From Desulfomonilia bacterium (GTDB taxonomy: Bacteria > Desulfobacterota > Desulfomonilia > UBA1062), in the NCBI GenBank assembly GCA_963664325.2, contig CAXXDQ010000004.1:672001-736000 (forward strand): a stretch of 64,000 nucleotides of DNA, read 5' to 3'. Of the stretch, positions 28,240 through 37,610 are shown piece by piece (positions within the stretch are counted from its first letter, which is position 1; every line of letters starts with the position of its first letter). The notes beneath the pieces were generated by a model. That model was not told the DNA's origin. It did no database searches and worked only from the letters and a program-made list of their open reading frames with translations. The position numbers and the translations under genes were made by a program.

Positions 28240-28390
28240 AGTGGTGAGTGGTAAGTGGTGAGTGGTGAGAATAAATAAGAGAAAAAAGTATGATTTTTCT
28301 GCCCCTTTTGCTGGAGGAGCAAAACAGGAAACATGATAAATCGTGGGAAACTTGTTTTATCTCACCACTCACCACTCACCACTTATAACT
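28240..28390. repeat. inverted heptamer-repeat element (AGTGGTG)x4 ... (CACCACT)x3
   Basis: Left arm 28240-28270 is the reverse complement of right arm 28360-28385. Internal hairpin TTTTGCT-GGAGG-AGCAAAA. Confidence 0.85.
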
Positions 28391-28393
28391 GTT

Positions 28394-30460
28394 TTATGTA
28401 GCTATAGCTGAAAATTTCGCCACCCTTGAGAACATGGAAACGATGTTTTTAAGAAGAGCCAGCCTGTTGGCGCGGATATGCATATCCTCGGCCATTACGA
28501 GCACCTTGTCGAAAAATGCGTCTATCGGGTCTTTCATCCCTGCAAGAAGCTTTAAGGCTTCGGCATACTCTCCTTTTCCCGCATAAGTCACAAAAGGCTT
28601 TTCTACCGACTTGAATGCCTTGTAGAGTTCAATTTCCGGCTCCTGCGCGAACAGACTTTCCTGGATGTCGTCTCCGGCATCGGCCTTTTTCAGGATATTT
28701 TCAACGCGCTTGGATGCGGTGCAGATAGAGGCGAGCCACTCTTCGTTTTTGATTGCGGAAATTGCATCAGCCCTTTTGAAGGTGTCAACCGGGTCATCGA
28801 ATGAACCGGTGACCGATTCGATAACATCGCCCGTGATCCCCTTTGACTGCAATATGCCGGTAAATCTCTGGCGGAAATATTCCAGGACTTCTGATCTGAC
28901 ATCGGAGGCGGGTTTTTTGATTTTTGAACCCAGGGATTCAACAGCCTTGTCTATCATTTCAGTGATCGATATCCTGTAGCCCTTGCCCAGGATTATGTTT
29001 TCAATGGCAATAGTCTGCCTTCTAAGGGCATAGGGGTCGGATGTACCCGTGGGGGGCATGCCGATTCCGAAACAACCGCATATGGTATCTATCCTGTCGG
29101 CAATACCGGTAATATCGCCTACCGCACCCGACGGAAGTGTGTCATCGGCTGATGCGGGCAGGTAATGCTCGCTGATTGCATCGGCCACCTCGGGATCAAC
29201 CCCCTGGAGCAGGGCATATTCCCGGCCCATGATACCCTGGAGTTCCGGGAACTCATATACCATCAGGCTGTTCAGGTCACCCTTGCATAGAGAGCAGGCG
29301 AGCCTGACCTTGTCCGTTTTTTCAGGCGAGAGCCGGCCTGACAGCCAAAGGGCATTTTCCGTGAAGCGCTCGACCTTGTCCAGGCATGTACCGAGGTCTT
29401 TATGATAAATCACATCCTTCAGTCTGGCTGCGTATTCGGCAAGAGGTGTTTTCTTGTCCTGCTCGAAAAAGTAGTTGCCGTCATCGAGTCTTGCCTTCAA
29501 GACACGCTCATTCCCGGCGCATACAACCGTATCGTCTTTGGGCACGATGTTGCATATCGTTAAAAAGAACGGCTTGAGTTTTTTCCCCTTTTCATCGGCA
29601 TACATGGGAAAATAGCGCTGATGATGCTTCATAACCGTCACAGGGACTTCTTTCGGGAGTTTTAAAAATTCATCCCTGAAGGCCCCGACAATCACATGAG
29701 GCCATTCGACCAGGTTGACCACCTCATCAAGCAACTCCCTGTCAAGCACGTAACCGCCATTTTCTTTTGCCGCTTTTATGAGGCCCGTCCAGATGAGTTC
29801 CTTTCTCGTGTCAATTCCGGGGACAACGAAAACTTTCTCCAGGATATCCTCATAATCGGATGGACTGTTCACCTTTACCGCTCCCGGCGCCATGAAGCGG
29901 TTGCCGTGCGTAAGGTTGTCCGATTTAAGGTTTCCGAATTCTACATTCAGAACACGGTTTCCATAAATTGCCAGTATCCAGTGAACAGGTCGGGCAAATG
30001 TTACGCCGGGATTTGACCACTTCATGTTTTTGGGAAACGGAATCTTCACCATGAGTTCGGTAAAAAAACCTTGCAGGAATTCCGTGGCCGGTCTGCCAGG
30101 GATTGTCCTGGTCAGGCTCAGGTAGACGCCTTTTTCAGTCTCGGCAAAACCTACTTCAGATATATCCACACCAAGATTTTTTGCAAAACCGAGGCCTGCC
30201 TTTGTCGGTTTTCCATCTTTGTCAAAGGCCGCGTTCTTCGGAGGGCCCATTTTTGTTTCGGTAATATCGTCAAGCTTTTCAGGAACATTCTTGATTCTTA
30301 TTGCAAGCCTTCTGGGCGTGCCGAAAACATCTATTCCGCCGCTATTTAGCCTGACCTCTGCAAATGCCTTTTCGGTGTATGCCTTCATATATTCGAGTGC
30401 AGGGACGACAAATCCCGCGGGTAACTCTTCTGAACCTATTTCAAAGAGAACATCGGCCAT
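28394..30460 (-). CDS. glyS: glycine--tRNA ligase beta subunit
   Basis: LFEIGSEELP, TPRRL, HQRYFP, GNERVLKARL, EFPELQG and PTGTSDPYALRR. Confidence 0.97.
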   Translation of the reverse strand: MADVLFEIGSEELPAGFVVPALEYMKAYTEKAFAEVRLNSGGIDVFGTPRRLAIRIKNVPEKLDDITETKMGPPKNAAFDKDGKPTKAGLGFAKNLGVDISEVGFAETEKGVYLSLTRTIPGRPATEFLQGFFTELMVKIPFPKNMKWSNPGVTFARPVHWILAIYGNRVLNVEFGNLKSDNLTHGNRFMAPGAVKVNSPSDYEDILEKVFVVPGIDTRKELIWTGLIKAAKENGGYVLDRELLDEVVNLVEWPHVIVGAFRDEFLKLPKEVPVTVMKHHQRYFPMYADEKGKKLKPFFLTICNIVPKDDTVVCAGNERVLKARLDDGNYFFEQDKKTPLAEYAARLKDVIYHKDLGTCLDKVERFTENALWLSGRLSPEKTDKVRLACSLCKGDLNSLMVYEFPELQGIMGREYALLQGVDPEVADAISEHYLPASADDTLPSGAVGDITGIADRIDTICGCFGIGMPPTGTSDPYALRRQTIAIENIILGKGYRISITEMIDKAVESLGSKIKKPASDVRSEVLEYFRQRFTGILQSKGITGDVIESVTGSFDDPVDTFKRADAISAIKNEEWLASICTASKRVENILKKADAGDDIQESLFAQEPEIELYKAFKSVEKPFVTYAGKGEYAEALKLLAGMKDPIDAFFDKVLVMAEDMHIRANRLALLKNIVSMFSRVAKFSAIAT

Positions 30461-30462
30461 TG

Positions 30463-31314
30463 CTAACCTTCCTTCCTGCCGGCAAGATAAAGTGTTGCAG
30501 CCAGCTTGGCCAGTTCGCGCACCCTTGCAATATAGGTCGTACGTTCGGTTGTGCTGATTGCATTCCTGGCATTAAGCAGATTGAAAATATGCGAACACTT
30601 GAGGCACATGTCATAAACCGGCAGCGCCAGGCCCCTTTCCGCGGCAACTCGCTTTCCTTCTTCCTCGTACATCGAGAACTGCTTGAGCAGCATGGGGACG
30701 CTTGCCACCTCGAAATTATAGATGGACCATTCAACCTCTGAACGGTGGTGGACATATCCGTAAGTGATATCATTCTTCCATTTCATGTCATAGACCGAGT
30801 TGGTGCCCTGAATGCAGGATGATATGCGTTCGAGCCCGTAAGTAATCTCTGCACATATGGGATCAAGCTCTATTCCGCCCACCTGCTGGAAATATGTGAA
30901 TTGGGTGATCTCCTGGCCGTCCATCCATACTTCCCAGCCCAGACCCCATGCACCGAGTGTCGGAGACTCCCAGTCATCCTCGACAAAACGGATTTCATGT
31001 TCCAAAGGGTCGATTCCCAGGTGCTTCAGGCTCGCCAGGTAGACCTCCAACACATCGATCGGCGAAGGTTTTAGAATTACCTGGTACTGGTAATAGTGCT
31101 GAAGCCTGTTCGGGTTTTCGCCATAGCGCCCGTCCGTTGGCCTGCGCGAAGGCTCGACATAAGCAACTTTCCAGGGGTCAGGCCCTAGAGCCCTCAGAAA
31201 AGTATGGGGATTGAAAGTCCCCGCCCCTACCTCCAGGTCATAGGGCTGGCCGATAAGACAGCCGTAATCCGACCAGAAGGCCTCCAGTTTCATTATCATG
31301 TCTTGAAAGTCCAT
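30463..31314 (-). CDS. glyQ: glycine--tRNA ligase alpha subunit
   Basis: [42 protein letters not shown] and EITYGLER. Confidence 0.97.
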   Translation of the reverse strand: MDFQDMIMKLEAFWSDYGCLIGQPYDLEVGAGTFNPHTFLRALGPDPWKVAYVEPSRRPTDGRYGENPNRLQHYYQYQVILKPSPIDVLEVYLASLKHLGIDPLEHEIRFVEDDWESPTLGAWGLGWEVWMDGQEITQFTYFQQVGGIELDPICAEITYGLERISSCIQGTNSVYDMKWKNDITYGYVHHRSEVEWSIYNFEVASVPMLLKQFSMYEEEGKRVAAERGLALPVYDMCLKCSHIFNLLNARNAISTTERTTYIARVRELAKLAATLYLAGRKEG

Positions 31315-31423
31315 AAAATTGTTCCTATCACCCATAGGTTGGACGGTCAAGAAACTTGGCAGGGACCTTGCTGGAAAAAGGCTTGACACTATTAAACCTA
31401 TTGGATATTGAACCCAACAAGAC

Positions 31424-31496
31424 GGGCCCTTAGCTCAATTGGTAGAGCCACCGGCTCATAACCGGTAGGTCCCTGGTTCGATTCCAGGAGGGCCCA
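31424..31496 (+). tRNA. tRNA with CAT anticodon, probably tRNA-Ile2 (lysidine); CCA not encoded
   Basis: Cloverleaf GGGCCCT/AGGGCCC, anticodon loop CTCATAA, T-loop TTCGATT. C4:G69 and C5:G68 (TilS determinants) are present. TTGACA lies upstream at 31383. Confidence 0.92.
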
Positions 31497-31551
31497 TTAT
31501 ACAAAAGGAATTAATGGTGAAATCGTTAGTCATTATTAGAGAGACAAATAT

Positions 31552-31586
31552 AAAAGGGGTGCATTTGATGCACCCCTTTTATTTTT
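31552..31586 (+). terminator. rho-independent (bidirectional) terminator
   Basis: AAAAGGGGTGCAT-TTG-ATGCACCCCTTTT followed by ATTTTT. Confidence 0.85.
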
Positions 31587-31593
31587 CTGTCCT

Positions 31594-32331
31594 ATGAAGC
31601 TGCTGGATGTTCTCTCATTGCTGAACAGCATTGCGCCTTTTGAGCTTGCAGAAAAATGGGACAATGTTGGATTGCTTGTAGGAGATGCTGATCAGGAAAT
31701 AAAAACGGCCGTCATTTCCCTTGATCCCGGTTTCGATGTTATCAAAAAGGCCGAGGAGGAAGGCTGTGATCTGATCATCACCCATCACCCCCTGTTTATC
31801 GAGCCTATAAAAAACCTGAACCTGAATAACGCCACCGCGTTGAAGGCCAGCATGCTTTTAAAAGCGGGCATTTCCATGATTGCCATGCATACAAACCTTG
31901 ATATGGTTGATGGAGGTGTTGCCGATGTACTTGCACAGACACTTGGTCTTTCCGGTATAGAATCAAAAGGTCTGTTCAGGACAGGAACGATCAGTCCGGT
32001 ACCTCTGTCCCATTGGGTAAAGACGCTTCCCTTCAAGAACCCCAGGATAACAGATACAGGCAGAATGGCCGCGAGTATAGCAGCCTGTCCCGGAAGCGGG
32101 ATGTCCCTCTGGCAGGAGGCCAAAGATGCCGGCTGCGATACCATTGTCACAGGCGACGTAAAGTATCATGCAGCGATAGAGGCATTTGAAACAGGTTTAA
32201 ATGTAGTCGACCTGGGTCATTATGGAACAGAATCAATAATAATCAAACCTTTTGCCGAAAGGTTAAAAAAGCTTCTTAAAGGGGTCGAAATAAGCGCTTA
32301 TACGGGCAGGGATATATTCATAACATTATAG
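31594..32331 (+). CDS. Nif3-like dinuclear metal center protein (YqfO/YbgI)
   Basis: AEKWDNVGL, ITHHP, HTNLD, TGDVKYH and DLGHYGTE. Confidence 0.95.
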   Translation: MKLLDVLSLLNSIAPFELAEKWDNVGLLVGDADQEIKTAVISLDPGFDVIKKAEEEGCDLIITHHPLFIEPIKNLNLNNATALKASMLLKAGISMIAMHTNLDMVDGGVADVLAQTLGLSGIESKGLFRTGTISPVPLSHWVKTLPFKNPRITDTGRMAASIAACPGSGMSLWQEAKDAGCDTIVTGDVKYHAAIEAFETGLNVVDLGHYGTESIIIKPFAERLKKLLKGVEISAYTGRDIFITL

Positions 32332-32343
32332 AAGGAGACACGA

Positions 32344-33075
32344 GTGAAGAACATTTTAAGTAACGTGCTGGCGCTTCAGAACGTTGAACTCCGTATATTC
32401 AAGGCATTGGGCGGCATGAGCGAACTGCCCCGGGAGATGGAGGAGATAGACAGCACTTTACAGGCTAGAAAGCGCTCTCTTGAAATTGCCGATGAAGAGA
32501 TATCAGAACTCAACGGCAGAAAAGAACCTCTTGAAATAGAGCTGAAGGAAAACCAGTCAATACTGAGTGCTGCGGATACCAGAATAAAAAAAATAAAAAC
32601 AAACAAGGAGTTTCTTGCACTCCAGCGGGAAATCGACATCGCCAAGAAACGCAAATTCGATCTTGAAGAACAGATACTGCAGCTGATGGATAAGATTGAA
32701 TCAAGGACAAAGGAAAGGGAACGCATATTCAAGGCTTTTGAAAACGACAGGGTCGGTCTGGATGAGAGAAAGGAAGTGCTCCTTAAAAAGCAGAAAGAAC
32801 TGCAGGCCATAATTGACAAACTTAAAGGACAGCTCGATGTCCTGAGGGTAAAGGTTGACCGTGCACTTTTAAGCCGTTATGACCGAATAAAAGAAAGAAG
32901 GAACGGGCTGGTCGTTGTGGAATGCCAGAATGGTGTTTGCATGGGATGTCATATACATATACAACCGCAGCTTTTCAACGAACTGGTCAAGGGAGACAAA
33001 ATGATATCCTGCCCAGCCTGCCAGAGAATTCTTTATGTTAACCCCGAGAATGAGCAGGAGGAAAAAAAGGAGTAA
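32344..33075 (+). CDS. coiled-coil C4 zinc-ribbon protein (DUF164/CT398 family)
   Basis: Long coiled coil plus CMGCH...CPACQRIL, in its usual position after nif3. Confidence 0.92.
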   Translation: MKNILSNVLALQNVELRIFKALGGMSELPREMEEIDSTLQARKRSLEIADEEISELNGRKEPLEIELKENQSILSAADTRIKKIKTNKEFLALQREIDIAKKRKFDLEEQILQLMDKIESRTKERERIFKAFENDRVGLDERKEVLLKKQKELQAIIDKLKGQLDVLRVKVDRALLSRYDRIKERRNGLVVVECQNGVCMGCHIHIQPQLFNELVKGDKMISCPACQRILYVNPENEQEEKKE

Positions 33076-33076
33076 A

Positions 33077-34252
33077 ATGGCCGAACAGGGCTCAGACACA
33101 ACCTCTCACGGAAAATATTTTTTTTATTTCTGTCTCATCGCCTCTCTTGTCCTTGTCTTCCTGCTGTTCAGACCGTTTTTAAAGACAATTACCCTGAGCC
33201 TTATATGTGCCGCCGTTGTTTTTCCCGTCCAAAGGAAACTTTACAAGCTTTTTGGACGCAGGGAAGCCCTGGCGAGTCTTGCAACCTGTACAGGTTTGGT
33301 TATCCTGATTATAGTGCCGATTGCGATACTGGCATATTTTTTTGCACAGGAAGCCACCGGTTTTTACAGCAGGTTGAGCGGAACCGCCATTTCGGAAATG
33401 AAAAGACATTCCATAATGTCTGTTGCTCCTGCGGAAACAATCGGCAATGCCCTTGAGCTCGTTGTTCCCGGCATTGTCAGACCCGTAAAAAAAGAAGAGC
33501 CCAAGCATAAGCTGACCGACAAGATCGTCAGTTATGCAAGGCAGGTATTGCCTGCCATACAAAAATCAAAAGGCAGCGTGGAAGCCCAGGCAATGGACCT
33601 TGCCAAGACAGGGCTCAGTTTCGCTTTGAAGCATGCCCAGGGGGTCATCAGCAATGTCACTGCCGTTATCCTTCATTTCTTTTTGTTTTTGTTTACGGTT
33701 TTTTTCTTTCTCAAGGACGGACCGGTCTGGCTCAAATCGCTTTCCGAGATAATACCACTGGCAGACAGACAGAAAGAGCTGATTTTCAGCAGGTTCAAGG
33801 ATGTAAGTATTTCAACTGTATTCGGCATACTTTTTACGGCAACCGTTCAGGGTTTTATTTCCGGCATAGGGTTCTGGATAGTAGGAATTTCGCCTGTGCT
33901 CTGGGGAACAGCAGCCGCCTTTGCAGCCCTTATACCGATGATCGGCGCGGCCCTGATATGGTTTCCGGCCGGCGTATATCTGATTATCGACGGCAATATA
34001 AAAACCGGAATATTCCTGCTTATCTGGGGGGGATTCTTTGTCTCTTTTCTTGATAATTTCTACAGGCCGTTCCTGATGCGCGGTACAACCGAGGTCAGTG
34101 CAGTCTGGATCCTCTTCTCGGTACTTGGAGGATTAAGCCTGTTCGGGTTTTCGGGCATATTCATAGGGCCGTTGATACTGTCAATGGCAATTACCATGAC
34201 CTCGATATACCGGGACGAGTATTCCGGTAAAGTTCAGGATTTACATCAATGA
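33077..34252 (+). CDS. AI-2E family transporter
   Basis: FFFLKDG, LIPMIGAALIW.P, DNFYRP and GG..LFG..G.FIGP. Confidence 0.92.
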   Translation: MAEQGSDTTSHGKYFFYFCLIASLVLVFLLFRPFLKTITLSLICAAVVFPVQRKLYKLFGRREALASLATCTGLVILIIVPIAILAYFFAQEATGFYSRLSGTAISEMKRHSIMSVAPAETIGNALELVVPGIVRPVKKEEPKHKLTDKIVSYARQVLPAIQKSKGSVEAQAMDLAKTGLSFALKHAQGVISNVTAVILHFFLFLFTVFFFLKDGPVWLKSLSEIIPLADRQKELIFSRFKDVSISTVFGILFTATVQGFISGIGFWIVGISPVLWGTAAAFAALIPMIGAALIWFPAGVYLIIDGNIKTGIFLLIWGGFFVSFLDNFYRPFLMRGTTEVSAVWILFSVLGGLSLFGFSGIFIGPLILSMAITMTSIYRDEYSGKVQDLHQ

Positions 34253-34341
34253 CATTATAATGAAAATGCATTGGTTTTTTTCCTTTGCCGGGGGATGGAT
34301 AATCTTGATAAAATGATTTTCGCAGAGGATTTTAAAAGTAT

Positions 34342-35808
34342 ATGATTGATTCACTGAACAGGGTATTCATAACCATAACACAGAGTTTTCGTATCCAGGA
34401 TATTCTGGATATATTTGTAATTGCGTCTCTTATCTATGTCGTTCTTATATGGTTTAAAAAAACAGCTTCCCGTTTTGTTTTTGCAGGCATTGTCATGCTC
34501 GGAATAATATATGTGCTTGCAAGGACATTTCAGCTTTATCTTACCTCGATGCTTCTGCAGGGTTTTTTTGCGATACTTCTTATTGCCATAGTCGTCATTT
34601 TCCAGGAAGAGATACGCCGTTTCTTCGAGCGGCTGGCAACATGGGGCAACCTGAGAAAAAAGAAAGAAAAAGAGATTGATAATTACAGGCCAGATATAGA
34701 AATAATAGTGGATAGTGTTGCGGAACTGGCTGATAACAGGACCGGTGCACTGATAGTGATACGAGGCAAGGACCCGCTGGAAAGGCACCTCAAGGGGGGA
34801 TGCCTTCTTGACGGCTGTCTTTCTCAGCAGCTTATAGCAAGCATATTCGATACTCATTCCATGGGCCATGACGGGGGCATGATTATCGACAAAGGCCAGG
34901 TTGTGAAATTCGGCTGCCATCTGCCGCTGTCGGCAAATGCCAGCATGACCGGAAAATACGGGTTGAGGCATACTGCAGCTTTAGGGATGTCGGAAAAAAC
35001 CGATGCCTTCTGTATTGTCGTCTCAGAAGAACGCGGAACTACGTCAGTTGCCCAGAACGGATCAATTCAGGTTCTGTACAGGCCGGTTGATCTGGCTGCA
35101 AAACTTTATGAATTCTATGAGCAGAAGTTTCCGGCCGAGAAAAAAAGATCCGCCATGGACTGGATAAGAGAGAACACGGTACAAAAGATTGTTGCGATTC
35201 TTATGGCTTCAATGCTCTGGCTTGCATTCGGTTATCAGAGGGACTGGGTTCAGAGAGACTTTACCGTGCCTGTGGAGTACAGGGGCATACCACAGGGCTG
35301 GTATATCGATGAACCCAAGGTATTTGATGCGAAGGTCGTTCTGACCGGTTCGATTCAGGCTTTCAATCTTTTTGATCCGACATATCTGAAAGTCGGAGTC
35401 GACCTGTCTGATGTTGTACAGGGGCAGCAGGATATAACAATTACAAAGAAAATGGTAAAGCTCCCCACAAATATCAACCTGGAAAAGGTAAAACCACCCC
35501 AAATCCATATTGTTGCATATAAACTTTTCCCCAAAGCGCTTCCGGTAATTGTTAAAATATCCGGAGCCTGCCCTTCCGGCCACATATTGAGAAACATAAC
35601 AGTCAGCCCAGGCGCATTGAACGCACTGGTCCCCAGTGCGATGTTGAAGAAAAATATTGAGATAGACACCGAGACTATAGATCTCTCGGCAATAGATGAA
35701 ACGGTAACGATTGAACCGCAGATAAAAATTCCCGCTGATGTACATTTCAAAGATGACTCCATCCCCTCGGTAAGAGTTACTTTCCATATAGATAAAAAAC
35801 CGCATTAA
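34342..35808 (+). CDS. dacA: diadenylate cyclase CdaA/DacA fused to YbbR (CdaR-like) domains
   Basis: Three N-terminal TMs, IFQEEIRRF, GALIV, HDGG, GLRHTAALG.SE.TDA and VSEERG. A further TM and YbbR-like repeats follow. Confidence 0.88.
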   Translation: MIDSLNRVFITITQSFRIQDILDIFVIASLIYVVLIWFKKTASRFVFAGIVMLGIIYVLARTFQLYLTSMLLQGFFAILLIAIVVIFQEEIRRFFERLATWGNLRKKKEKEIDNYRPDIEIIVDSVAELADNRTGALIVIRGKDPLERHLKGGCLLDGCLSQQLIASIFDTHSMGHDGGMIIDKGQVVKFGCHLPLSANASMTGKYGLRHTAALGMSEKTDAFCIVVSEERGTTSVAQNGSIQVLYRPVDLAAKLYEFYEQKFPAEKKRSAMDWIRENTVQKIVAILMASMLWLAFGYQRDWVQRDFTVPVEYRGIPQGWYIDEPKVFDAKVVLTGSIQAFNLFDPTYLKVGVDLSDVVQGQQDITITKKMVKLPTNINLEKVKPPQIHIVAYKLFPKALPVIVKISGACPSGHILRNITVSPGALNALVPSAMLKKNIEIDTETIDLSAIDETVTIEPQIKIPADVHFKDDSIPSVRVTFHIDKKPH

Positions 35809-35830
35809 TTATTCAAAAAATAACCCCTGC

Positions 35831-35860
35831 TGTAAACTTTTGTTCGGGTTCAGTCGTCAT
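35831..35860 (+). promoter_or_regulatory. ECF-sigma-type promoter (candidate autoregulatory)
   Basis: TGTAAAC-TTTT...(17 nt)...CGTCA upstream of the ECF gene; has the AAC/CGT pattern. Confidence 0.55.
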
Positions 35861-35979
35861 TGGGTTCAAAATAAAAAATTATGCATTAGGATTTATGACA
35901 TGAGGAACAAGGGGCAGCTGAAGCCAAAGTTAGGAAAACGTGAAGACAATCCGGGGCTGCAATGTTATTATGAATAACC

Positions 35980-36606
35980 ATGCGGCTCAGAACAGGGCAA
36001 TTTCATGAAGACATCGATCCCAATGGGCATTTTCTTGCCGAACAGGCTGCCAAGGGCGATAAGGAGGCATTCGAGCAGCTGGTCCAGATATACAGAGAGA
36101 ATATATTCCGAATGGTGTATGTGAGGACTCAATCAAAAATGGATGCCGAAGACCTGACACAGGAAGTATTCATGAAGGCGTTCAACAATATTTCGAGACT
36201 GAAAGATTGCTCTTTGTTCAAGACATGGCTCTACAGGATAGCAGTGAACAGCGTAAGAGATCATCATAGAAAGCGTATCCTCTCTGCCTTTTTCTTCCTG
36301 TCTCATGGAAAAGATGATGAAGACGGCATGGATGTGCATCCATCAAATGATTCTACGGCCCTTGATCATGTAATGAAAAAGCAGTTCCATGATAACCTGA
36401 AAAACTTCCTGGCAAAACTAGGCCATTATGAAAAAGAGGTCTTCCAGCTTAAATACCTGGACCATCTGAGCATTCCGGAAATCAGCACTGTATTAAACAA
36501 GAATGAAAACACCGTAAAAACCCATTTATACAGGGCGGTGAAGAAATTCCGCCTGGAAACCGCCCTGATTTCATTGGCGGAGGGGGCAGCTGATGAAAGT
36601 GCATGA
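35980..36606 (+). CDS. ECF RNA polymerase sigma factor
   Basis: GDKEAFEQL, DAEDLTQEVF, FKTWLYRIA.N and TVKTHLYRA. Confidence 0.94.
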   Translation: MRLRTGQFHEDIDPNGHFLAEQAAKGDKEAFEQLVQIYRENIFRMVYVRTQSKMDAEDLTQEVFMKAFNNISRLKDCSLFKTWLYRIAVNSVRDHHRKRILSAFFFLSHGKDDEDGMDVHPSNDSTALDHVMKKQFHDNLKNFLAKLGHYEKEVFQLKYLDHLSIPEISTVLNKNENTVKTHLYRAVKKFRLETALISLAEGAADESA

Positions 36607-37117
36607 CAGGCGGCATCCGGCCGATGACACCATTGTCAGGGCCGCTGTCGACCCGAGCCTTATAGATGCAGGTGAAAAGAGGCATATTGAAAGCTGCCCG
36701 GAATGTTCACTAAAGATAAACAGGATCATATCAGGACTTGAAAATCTAGGAGAAATGGCAAAAGACGCCATTCCTCCAATGGAATCACCCATCAGGCTTG
36801 AACACCGAATCCCGAACTTGAACTCGGGGTGGCTGTGGAAAACTGCCCTCGGGGTTTCGGTCTCGGTCGTGCTGGTTTTAGTCGTGCTTGATTTTTCACA
36901 TCTCATGCAGGCCCGTCAGGGACAACCGATTATTGAGGCTGGAGTTCAGGATAAATATTCGGATGAAATGCTTATAAGCGAAGTGGGCATGCTTGTTGAA
37001 AATCCCCTGCCAGAAAACTGGACGTCCCTGAATTATGGGGATGGCAGCATTATGGAAACGGAAGTTATGGAGCTTATGGCCCCAATCGATGATAAACCGG
37101 TTCAGGAAACAATGTAA
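36593..37117 (+). CDS. zinc-binding anti-sigma factor (ZAS) with one TM
   Basis: HIESCPEC (HxxxCxxC), a TM helix, and overlap with the sigma stop. Confidence 0.82.
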   Translation: MKVHDRRHPADDTIVRAAVDPSLIDAGEKRHIESCPECSLKINRIISGLENLGEMAKDAIPPMESPIRLEHRIPNLNSGWLWKTALGVSVSVVLVLVVLDFSHLMQARQGQPIIEAGVQDKYSDEMLISEVGMLVENPLPENWTSLNYGDGSIMETEVMELMAPIDDKPVQETM

Positions 37118-37128
37118 GGAGAAGAAAG

Positions 37129-37572
37129 ATGAAACACAGGATTATACTGACTGCTGTAATGTTAATTTCATTGGTAATGGCGGAAATTGTGAAAGCCGAG
37201 GAATTTCCACCCAGCAGGTGGTGGAGAATTCCTAAAATTGCCGATCAGCTTAACCTTACCGAGCAGGATAAGATGCAATTAGACAGGATTTTTCAGGACA
37301 GCAGGAGAAACCTGAGAGACCTCAGGGACCAGGTCGAGGATAACAGACTGTCTCTGGAGGATTTAATGGGAAAAGACAAGCTTAATGAGCAGGCTGTTTA
37401 TGAACAGTTGGGCAAATTAAGCAGAAGCAGGACTGCCCTGGAAGAGGCGACTACAAGGTATTTTTTGGATGTCAGGAAGGCGATCGGTGCAGAAAAGTTC
37501 AAAGAGGCAGCCGAAATAGCCAAGGTAATAAGGCAAAACAGGAAGTATGCTAACAATCCCGGTAAGGACTGA
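37129..37572 (+). CDS. Spy/CpxP/ZraP-like periplasmic protein
   Basis: Signal peptide, WW....LNLTEQ motif, helical body. Confidence 0.82.
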   Translation: MKHRIILTAVMLISLVMAEIVKAEEFPPSRWWRIPKIADQLNLTEQDKMQLDRIFQDSRRNLRDLRDQVEDNRLSLEDLMGKDKLNEQAVYEQLGKLSRSRTALEEATTRYFLDVRKAIGAEKFKEAAEIAKVIRQNRKYANNPGKD

Positions 37573-37610
37573 AAAGGCCATCATCAGGAAAAAATAACAG
37601 GGGGAATAAT

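Noticed and set aside
28233-28334. N-terminal extension of dGTPase given by the ORF track
   Set aside because: It translates the heptamer repeat element (SPLTTYHSPL); ATG 28232 is the more plausible start.
31424-31496. tRNA genes as island integration sites (also 52350-52435)
   Set aside because: No duplicated tRNA 3' ends or integrase were noticed in the window.
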